Source: Octopus sinensis (Eukaryota). Taken from it: a DNA stretch of 64,000 bases. The stretch lies in NCBI RefSeq assembly GCF_006345805.1, contig NC_043015.1:31124001-31188000 (forward strand), read 5' to 3'. The position numbers and the translations under genes were made by a program. This document shows positions 54,306 through 64,000 of this stretch, one piece after another; position 1 is the stretch's first letter, and each line of letters starts with the position of its first letter. The notes below the pieces were generated by a model, which made no database searches, was not told the DNA's origin, and was given only the letters and a program-made list of their open reading frames with translations.

Positions 54306-55924
54306 AAAATATGATCCCTGTACCCCAACATCATGTGCCTGCCTAACTCTCCTAATTTAAAATCACTGGACAGCTGCTGGAAGGGACCAGCCAGCAGCCC
54401 CACTATGCCAAGAACTTGTTGAGGGTTACTACTGGTTGGCTTTGGGCTATAGTGGGAGACACTTGCCCAAGGGTGCTGCATAGTGAAACTGAACACAAGA
54501 CTACGTGGTTGCAAAGTGAGCTTCTTAACCAAAGCGACATGCCTGATTGTTATTAATATTACTAGCAATTTTTGTTTGTTTATTGGAAAATGTTAGAGAA
54601 TAACAACTAACAATCACCACTGCAACTACCATCACCACCACCACCACCACCATCATCATTGTCGTCGTCATCATCATCATCCTCATCATCATCACCACCA
54701 CCATCATCATCACCACCACCATCATCATCATCACAGTAGATTTAACACAGAAGTTTAATCAGAGGGCACCAAACACACCAACCGAACTGAATTGAAGCTA
54801 AAGAGTTTAGCCATTAAAGGGAGGGGGGATTATGGGGGTGGGGAAGCGACGGCGAGTGAAGAGGGTGGTGGTGGTGGTGGTGGTGGTGGAAAGATGAAGA
54901 TAAAAAGTTGATAAATCAATAATATTTCATTGCTGTTAGACACCAGATTTGTAGTTGTTTTTATTGATGGAGGTGGTCTTCTCCTCAACGCTCATCTACT
55001 TTCGTATCTTTTTATCTTTTAATCGTTTCAGTCATTGGACTGCGGCCATGCTGAACAAATTGAACGCTGGGACTTATTCTGAAGCCTCGTACTTAATCTA
55101 TTGGTCGCTTTTTTTGCTGAACCGCTAAGTTGCAGGGAGTAAACAAACAAATACCTATTTCTTTATTACCCACAAGGGGCTAAACATAGAGGGGACAAAC
55201 AAGGACAGACATAGGTATTAAGTCGATTACATCGAACCCAGTCTGTAACTGGTACTTAATTTATTGACCCTGAAAGGATGATAGGCAAAGTTGTCAAGTG
55301 GTGGTGGTGGTGGTGGTGGTGGGGAAACACATACACACACACACACACACATACACACACAAATATAAGAGGAAAGGAAGAAGTCAAACAAGACAGAAAG
55401 GCTCAACAAAACCAACCTTGTCTTCCGCCAACATTGCCATGCAGTCAATGCCATCGACTCTTCTATGCAAGAATTGGTCCACAGAGTCATCAATGCCATC
55501 ACCATAAAAGGAAGCGTTCAGCAAAGAAGAAACCAAATTCTTGCATACAAGATAAAACCACTGACAACAATATATATATACATATATAATGGTATCATTA
55601 CATCGTCCCACGCCCCACCAGGGAGCAGTGCAGAATAAAACCGAAATGATTGCTGTGCTAATAAATGCTTCTAGTTACACTCTTGTCTTCCATATGAATC
55701 ATTTAAAATATACCCTATGTGCACCTCAGAATTCTGGACGCAGATCCAATGATGAATGCACAGTATCGCTGATGAAGCCTGATAACCACAAGTGGTGAAC
55801 GCGCTCTGAGGCACACTACCTGGGACTTACCCGGAAGCAAGGTTTGGATACTGCATTTAATGCCTACCTTCTAAACCTTAATTCTTTAATTATAAATTTG
55901 ACTTACATATATATGTACGTATGT

Positions 55925-56121
55925 GTGACCGTGTGTGTACCGTTGGAGATTTTCTTTTCCTCCGTCTTCCCTTCTCTGGATCTTTCCTTTTCTGATGAAG
56001 AGCTCCGCTCAAAACGTAAAACCCTCCTTCTTCCCTTCCTTCCTGAGCGTCCAATAATACTATATTTGTTCCACGTCCTCGCGTTGTTGTGTTTTCTCTT
56101 TGTGTTTTCATGTTTGGATTA

Positions 56122-56125
<4 letters not shown>
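55925..56125 (+). mobile_element. (TA)n-flanked Penelope-like mini-element, family B
   Basis: Inverted copy at 38377-38590 and related copy at ~230-405 (-); contains CTGATGA-a-GAGC-tcc-GCTC-aAAACGTA. Confidence 0.6.
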
Positions 56126-56174
<49 letters not shown>

Positions 56175-56327
56175 GTTTGGAGGTGATGTACAGGTATTAT
56201 ATATTAGAAGAAATAAGGTACTCAGAAATCTGGATGGTTTTATACTTACAGATTTTTATTAATATGTCACATGTTTTTATAAATCATATATTAGTACTTG
56301 CATCTACTCTAGTAGACTCTCCAGATT

Positions 56328-56377
<50 letters not shown>

Positions 56378-57002
56378 TATATATAATGTGTGTGTACAAT
56401 GGGCTTCTTTCAGTTTCTATCTACCAAATCTACACACAAGGCTTTGGTTAACCCAGCACTATAGTAGAAGACACTTGTCCAAGGTGCCATGCAGCGGGAC
56501 TGAAACCAGAACCATGTGGTTGCAAAGCAATCTTCCTACCACACAGCCACACCTGCACCTATGAGCCACACCTATGAAATAGCATGGATGTGAGTGTGCC
56601 TGAAGAGATGAGAGATGCAAGTGTGAGTGAGAGAACACAAATGCCAGCGTGAGAGAGCACGGATGAAGAGTATGTTTTAAGAGAATGTGGATGCAAAAGT
56701 GTCTGAGAAGGCGCACATGTAAATATGTGACAGAATATGTAGGTTGCAACACCATAAACAGATGTGCATGAGTGGGTGTCAGAAAGCATATATATATATA
56801 TGCATGTATGCATGTGAATTTGTGAGCAAATGTGGGTGAATGATTCATGTATACATGCGGTGTGCATGTGGCTATGAAAGTGTGTGTGTGTGTCTTTTAC
56901 TTCATTAGACTGCGGCCATGCTAAGGCACCGACTTGAGAGTTTTCAGTCGAACGAATCAAACTTATAAGTACTCGAAAACCCTAACCCTAACCCCTGCTC
57001 AT

Positions 57003-57235
57003 TTAACCCTTTCGTTACCGTATTTATTTTGAGATGCTCTGTGTTTCTTTCAATTACTTTAAATATAACAAAGAATTTAGTAAAATAACTTAGTTATCAT
57101 ATCATTAAGCTAGTGTTAGGGACGAAAATCGTGACTAAGGTTTGGTGGAAGATTTTAATTCAAAACTTATGAAAACAAGACATTTTACCACATAGCCAGA
57201 GCCAGTTTTGGCCAGGTTAGTAACAAAAGGGTTAA
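57003..57235. mobile_element. piggyBac-type MITE
   Basis: Same body and TIRs as 7236-7463, with TTAA ends. Confidence 0.85.
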
Positions 57236-58299
57236 AGGAGATTTAGCCCTTTAGCATTCAGGTTTTTTTATCAAATAATTATCATCATTATCATCATCAT
57301 CATTTAATGCCTGTTGTCCATGCTGGCTGGCATGGGTTGGACAGTGTGTCCAGGGCTGGCAAGCTGGTGAGTTGCACCAGACTCCAGTCTGATTTGGCAT
57401 GGCTTCTATGGCTGAATGTCCTCCCTAATGCCAACCACTTTACAGAGTGTGCTGGGTGCTTTTACGTGGTACCGCACAGGCATTTTTACATGATACTGCA
57501 CGGGTGCTTTTATGTGAAACTGCACGGGTGCTTTTATGTCGTGCTGCATGGACTCTTTTACGATGTAACACTTATCTATTCACACTGTTTTAAATTTATC
57601 CTGCATTATATTGTAGCCTAGAGATTTCAATTTTGAACCATACTTTTTAGACTAACATTGCAGTGCAGGTGTGAGAGGCTGGATCTGGCCAGTTTGAACA
57701 GCAAACAGGAAGAATACTTTGGTCAGGTTTGGTCAGATACAGCCAGTTTAAATGCTAAAGGGTCAGAGGTACAACACCCACTTTCGAGATACTGGTGGTC
57801 TGGAACCTCTTTATAATCCACACTAATTTACAGCCAGAAACTTCAAATTCCCATGGCCACCAGACTAGTTTCCTGGGCAGCACAGTACAATATTAATAAA
57901 CTCATATTTAAACTAAAGTACCTGTTTTTCACTTAATTAGTTAAGTCAATTTAATATTTGGTTAATTAAGATGTGACCACTCCTAGTTTGGTAAAAATCA
58001 GTAATCTGGAAGCATTTTAGGAACAAAGGTACTGGAAAATTGATGTTGCACCTGTTCTAAAATTTCAGCTGTCAAATTCAGTTTTATGTACGAACTTATT
58101 TCCTTTCTTTAAATCGAAACCGTCACAATTATTGATTAAAAAATTAATTGAAACATCATATCCACAGTGTTTTTGTATTAGGAATTTGGTCAGGAAAAAA
58201 AATGCTAATAACATCAATGGATTGAATGTGTTTGTGTGTGTGTGCACACGTGCATGTCTGAGAAAGAATTATCCATGGGGAAAAATATTTTTATCTGTA

Positions 58300-58365
58300 A
58301 CTGCATGTGTGTGTACACACATAGACATATACATACATATATGTATATATTTACATGCATATATG

Positions 58366-58415
<50 letters not shown>

Positions 58416-58532
58416 ATTGTGTGTATGTACATATATGCATATATATGCATATATATATGTATATATGCATATATATATGTATATATGTATGTATATATGC
58501 ATATATATATGTACATATCTACATATATGTAA

Positions 58533-58570
<38 letters not shown>

Positions 58571-58639
58571 ATATTTATATATACATATATATATGTACAT
58601 ATATATATATGTGTGTGTGTGTGTATGTGTGTCTGTGTT

Positions 58640-58681
<42 letters not shown>

Positions 58682-58732
58682 TATATTTCTACATATATGA
58701 CAGTGTATGTAAACGTGTGTGTGTGTGTGTGT
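58300..58732. repeat. Compound TA/TG/CA microsatellite array
   Basis: Direct reading. Confidence 0.9.
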
Positions 58733-58796
58733 GCTTGGTTATTCATGAGACTTACATTTTTAGAGCAATATAAACCATTAGAGTGAAGAACCATTT

Positions 58797-58831
<35 letters not shown>

Positions 58832-59019
58832 ACAGGGTGGATAACTGCAGGACATTAGCAGAGATGATAGGTGTGTGTGTGTGAGTAGTTAATTACACCC
58901 ACACAAAGTGATTAGTCAGTTATGTTGATAAAATAAAAGGAGTGGGGGTGGTGGAAGAGGTGGATATATAAACATTGTAACACTTTAGAGCCAAACACAG
59001 CTGGGAGAGTGGAGTTGCC

Positions 59020-59051
59020 CATCTCTGTCTCTGTCTGTCTGTCTCTCTCTT

Positions 59052-59138
<87 letters not shown>

Positions 59139-59241
59139 GAAGAGAGAGAAAGAAAATGATGTATGTCTATCTTGCTATGTGCATATGCCTTGGTTTTTTT
59201 CACTTTCTCTCTCTCTCTCTCTATTATTATATATATATATA

Positions 59242-59280
<39 letters not shown>

Positions 59281-59286
59281 GTATAC

Positions 59287-59324
<38 letters not shown>

Positions 59325-59376
59325 GATACATATATATATATATATGTGATACATATATATATATATATGATACATA

Positions 59377-59412
<36 letters not shown>

Positions 59413-59430
59413 TGTATGTATGTATATATA

Positions 59431-59527
<97 letters not shown>

Positions 59528-59605
59528 TGTGCATCTACATCTTTGTGTGTGTGTGCATACATACACAGATACAGACAAACAGATATACATACATACATAC
59601 ATACG
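59020..59605. repeat. Compound (CT)n/(CA)n/(TA)n/(TATG)n array
   Basis: Direct reading. Confidence 0.9.
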
Positions 59606-59998
59606 TTTGTCTATGTGAACTTGTGACTGTGTTGAGTTTGGACATGTGTTTGCTTTCCCATGTGTGTGTGTGATATTTACATTTGTACATGTGTGTGCAT
59701 CTGGTTTGCGTACTTGTACGCCTGTGTTCGACTGTATGTGCTTTTAAATGCATGTTGTTGATGTGCTGAGTGTGTGTTTCTTTTCATTAGTTTTCCTCCG
59801 GAGGAGAAAGCAGTGTCCATGCCCTTTGCAAGCCCTCTGAGACCTGAGCTCAATGCTGTTATGCTGTCAACATCGACTGGTTGATAACTACAGTAAAGTT
59901 CATGTGAGAGAAGCAAATTCTAGAGAGCCAACACAGAGGGGGGAGGAAGGATTGGGTGTTGTGGTCAGTGTGGCACCAGTGGAGTGGGGGGGACAACA

Positions 59999-60230
59999 AG
60001 GCGGCAAGCTGGCAGAAACGTTAGCACGCCGGGTGAAATGCGTAGCCGTATTTCGTCTGCCGTTACGTTCTGAGTTCAAATTCCGCCGAGGTCGACTTTG
60101 CCTTTCGTCCTTTCGGGGTCGATAAATTAAGTACCAGTTACGAACTGGGGTCGATGTAATCGACTTAATCCGTTTGTCTGTCCTTGTTTGTCCCCTCTAT
60201 GTTTAGCCCCTTGTGGGCAGTAAAGAAATA
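59999..60230 (+). mobile_element. SINE family 2 copy
   Basis: Near-identical to 42616-42845; truncated copies at 18805-18948 (+) and ~55155-55292 (-). Confidence 0.85.
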
Positions 60231-60499
60231 TATATATATCATGTATGAATGTGTGTGTGTGTATGTATGTATCAATCAAGAATAATGAAAGGAGGAACAG
60301 CAAGTAGAAGTGGAACAAAAACCAGTCAACTCCAAAGAACACAAGCCATTGTAGTCAAAGTAGAAAAGGCAGGGAAATGACACAGGACACTTGTGGGGGA
60401 GGGGCAAGAAGATTGAGTATCTGAGAGTGACCTCATGCCCATCAATTGAGTTGACTTTCTCTAGTGGCGGTGGCGGCGGCGACGGTGGTGGTGGTGGTG

Positions 60500-60690
60500 G
60501 TTCTTGAGGATGTCTGTACCGTTCCAGATGTAGACACAGTGCTCCATTATGGCTCTAATATGAGCTTTGCAGAGAGAGTGTATGTGGTTGTTTGGAGGTG
60601 GTGGTGGGCGGGGTTGAAATATTTCCTGGCTCTTTGAAGAGGAAAAACTAGTCTTTGTGATGCAGACTCTGCTATGGTAAAGATGCATAT
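60500..60690 (-). mobile_element. Degenerate LINE RT fragment
   Basis: SLCKAHIRAIMEHCVYIWNG resembles LYK..IRP.MEY...IW.G. Confidence 0.5.
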
Positions 60691-60744
60691 CTTTCTATGT
60701 ATTTATGAGCAATGGGGGGTGTGTGTGAGCATGTTTGTCCATGC

Positions 60745-60776
<32 letters not shown>

Positions 60777-62761
60777 CTTTATCCATGTGTATCTGTTTTT
60801 GTCATTGTGTTTGTGGGTGAGTGTATATGACTAAGTTTGCAAGTACTTGGCCATGTGTGCTTGTCTATATGCTTATATGTTTATCTATGTTTGTGTGTAT
60901 TTGTCCACATGCTTGTGTTCTTATCTGTGTGTGTGTGTGTGTGTGTGCTTCTCCATGTATGTGTTCTCATCTGTGTGTGTGTGTGTGTGTGTGCTTCTCC
61001 ATGTATGTGTTCTCATCTGTGTGTGTGTGTGTCTCCATCTATGTAAGTATGTGTTTGTCTATGAATGTGTTTATGGATGTGTAGGATGTTTGCCATATGT
61101 TCATCCAGTTGTACCTGTTAGACTCTGTGTGTGTGTGTGTGTGTGTGTATGATGCTCATGCATGCACATATGTTCACATAGGTCCATGTATATGTTTCCA
61201 TCAGTGAATAAATGTGTGTGTGTGTGTTCATGCACACAAATGTCCCCATCCCAGAAGACTACATGGTTCAAAGCAGGAGAAGAAATAAGGGATATCAGGG
61301 GATATCCACCCAGTCCAATTCTCTGGACCACTTAAATTCATCTTCTTGTAATTTGAGGGTGCACCTTGACACCTCTTTTCCACTACCTTTCTTTCCTAAA
61401 AGGGGTAGCCATGTAGTTCCTCTACAACAAGTCACCTGTTTCTATCCCATTATCACCCTATAAGCCTTGATAACCTAACATAAAGCCAACTATCTCTCAC
61501 CTGTTAAGGAGTCATGCCTTGCAAATTACTTGGGGACCTCACTGGTGTTGGTGCCATGCAAAAAGCACCCAGTGCCACTCTGTAAAGTGCTTGGCATTAG
61601 GAAGTGCATCCAGCAATAGAAACCCAGCCAAAGCAGACATTCGAGTTTCAGCTAATCAACCAGACTAATTGGCTCCTGACTAATTATCTAATTGATGCCT
61701 CTACAGAGATCAGACATTAAATGATGAAGATGATATACATGTACGTGTATTTGTGTGGATGTGCATATGTGTGAGTATATAATTGAGATGGCAAAGTCTG
61801 GAGAAGGGAGATAACTATGTAAAGGGACATAACTCAGGTCAACTTAGCCATTTAATGCATGGAGAGTCTTAAAATAGATTAGCCCTTAAACCGGAATTAA
61901 TATATATGACCTGAACCTTTGGAAGTTATATTGGAACATGGTCAGAGGCCAATAACTGAAACCATAAGATCTTTCTGGTTTGCTACCTAATACATGCCTG
62001 AAGCTACATGTTGTAACTTCCTTGAATCGTGAGTCTGCATTACATGTGGATTTTAGCTCATGTGGTGATGGACAGACATGGAAATTTGCCAAGTCAGGCA
62101 ACACATGGAAAAAGGATGCAAGCTGGTCTGAGCATATTAAACCCAAAAACAGGCAGCAATGAACAAGCCCCAGGAAACTTGAACAGGTGCAAAATGTCAC
62201 CACCTATAAATTACGAGAGGGTTAAATCAGATACAGATTAATGTGTTTGAATACCTCAAGTTTTATGCAACAAGGTCCACCTTTTTTTCAATTTTTGTTT
62301 TAAAAGTAAGCCTGTTGTATGTGGTGTGTGTGTCTGTGTGTCCCCACTCACCATTGCTTGGCAACCGGTGTTGGTGAGCTTACATCCCCGTAACTTAGCA
62401 GTTCAGCAAGAGAGACCAATAGAATAAGTACCGGGCTTCACAAAAGATAAGTACTAGGGTTGAGTAATTCAACTAAAAATTGTTCGAGGTGGTGCCCCAG
62501 CATGGTCACAGTCCAATGACTAAAGCAACTAAAAGATAAAAGATATGACAGGCTTCCACACAGTTTCTGCCAACCAAAATTCACTGACAAGGCATTGATT
62601 GATCCAGGACAAGAGCAGAAAACACTTGCCCAAGGAGCAGCACAGTGGGATTGAACCTGAAGGCTCACGGTTGCAGAACAAGCTTCTTAACCACTCAGCC
62701 ATGCCTGTTCCAGCATCTACACAATGATATTAATAATTTCTCATACAAAAACTGTATTTAC

Positions 62762-63170
62762 TTTTTTACTCTTTTACTTGTTTCGGTCATTTGACTGTGG
62801 CCATGCTGGAGCACCGCCTTTAGTCGAGGAAATCAACCCCAGGACTTATTCTTTGTAAGCCTAGTACTTATTCTATCGGTCTCTTTTGCCAAACTGCTAA
62901 GCTACGAGGATGTAAACACACCACCATCGGCTGTCAAGTGATGTGGGGGGGGGGGGAACAAACAAACACACAAGCACACACACACACATATATATACATA
63001 CACATATATACGACGGGCTTCTTTCAGTTTCCATCTATCAAATCCACTCGTAAGGCTTTGGTTGGCCCAAGGCTATAGTAGAAGACACTTGCCCAAGGTG
63101 CCACGCAGTGAGACTGAACCCGGAACCTGATGGTTCATAAGCAAGCTACTTACCACACAGCCACTCCTGC
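62762..63170 (-). mobile_element. SINE family 1 copy
   Basis: Reverse complement of 24401-24800. Confidence 0.85.
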
Positions 63171-63780
63171 TCAATTTTTATTATATTCTGAGTTCAAACT
63201 CTGCCAGAATCAACTCTGATTTTTACTCTCTTGGGGGACGATTAAAGTTTTGCAGCCATGCAGTCACCAATTCGATCAGATATGCATACATAGATACACA
63301 CCCCTACAGAAATGTTGGCCGACAGCCAATGTTTTGTTTTAAAAACCAAAATTAATTCCTATATAGGCAATAAACAAAAAATGCCGATATAGCAACAACA
63401 ACAACAACAACAACAACTACAACAACAATAACATCGCCAATAATGATAAACAGCATAAACAACAGAGTCTGCCATTTGCCCAGCTATCCTTATCACATAT
63501 TCGGAAACTGATCAATCGACTCCATACTTCGAAATAGTTTGAGAGTATTGCTTTTGTTTTTTTTTATTGCGAAAACTTTCGCTGCAATACAGAACTATCC
63601 TTCTGCTACCACATGCATGTGCATGCACACACACATGCATATACACACATGCACACAAAACCAGCCCCCTGTCACCACACACACACACACACACACTCAC
63701 AGAGTGTTAGTACAGACAGCTTTTAATATGCAGCAAAGAATCCTTTCGCTCGCAAACATGGCTGAAGGCATTCAACATAC

Positions 63781-63969
63781 TTTATCCACAGAAGTGCCGG
63801 CACCAACACCGACAACAACACCAACACCAACACCGGCACCAACACCGGCACCGGCACCGGCACCGACACCACTGCCACTGCTACCACCATCCAGTGCATA
63901 TTGTTTCTTGCGGCCAATGGAATCTCTCTGGTTCTCATATTCCAGTGCGACAGACCATAGTCTTTGCAT
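63781..63969 (-). CDS. Candidate alternative first coding exon of the DGK gene (MQRLWSVALEYENQRDSIGRKKQYALDGGSSGSGVGAG...TSVDK)
   Basis: ATG at 63969 preceded by an in-frame TGA; 63 codons ending AAA|gtatgt (phase 0, compatible with exon 27094); Gly/Ala/Val-rich. No homology evidence. Confidence 0.4.
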
Positions 63970-64000
63970 GGATTGGCTGCACTCTTGTTTACTGCGTCAG

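Noticed and set aside
56978-56995. Telomeric (CCCTAA)n
   Set aside because: Only about 2.5 units; not significant.
59999-60090. tRNA gene
   Set aside because: tRNA-derived SINE head with A/B-box-like motifs; no full cloverleaf and continues into the SINE body.

Overview
AT-rich eukaryotic genomic DNA, dense in microsatellites and SINEs. The repeat landscape looks like Octopus (cephalopod) genome; this is inferred from pattern recognition, not a database match. The only protein-coding gene I can support is a minus-strand type II diacylglycerol kinase (DGKD/DGKH-like). Ten GT-AG exons (27094->941, 1136 nt) splice in one frame and encode the C-terminal part of the PH domain, C1A, C1B, the catalytic subdomain with the GGDG motif, and the start of the linker. 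The gene continues beyond position 1. I did not find the exons for the N-terminal half of the PH domain. 27095-64000 appears to be one very large intron or upstream region holding several candidate alternative first exons (63781-63969, ~49240, ~49849, ~29517). The rest is transposon-derived or simple repeat: three SINE families, CR1/L2 and RTE LINE fragments, Tigger and mariner relics, piggyBac-, hAT- and mariner-type MITEs, fold-back elements, Penelope-like fragments with hammerhead-ribozyme-like motifs, and a near-identical 1.48-kb tandem duplication. Almost all ORFs in the supplied track are microsatellite or SINE artefacts. There are no CRISPR arrays, rRNA or bona fide tRNA genes. No new biological system is demonstrated. 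The best leads are the alternative first exons, a candidate 24-nt microexon, the hammerhead-like mini-elements and a 259-nt near-perfect hairpin beside an exon.
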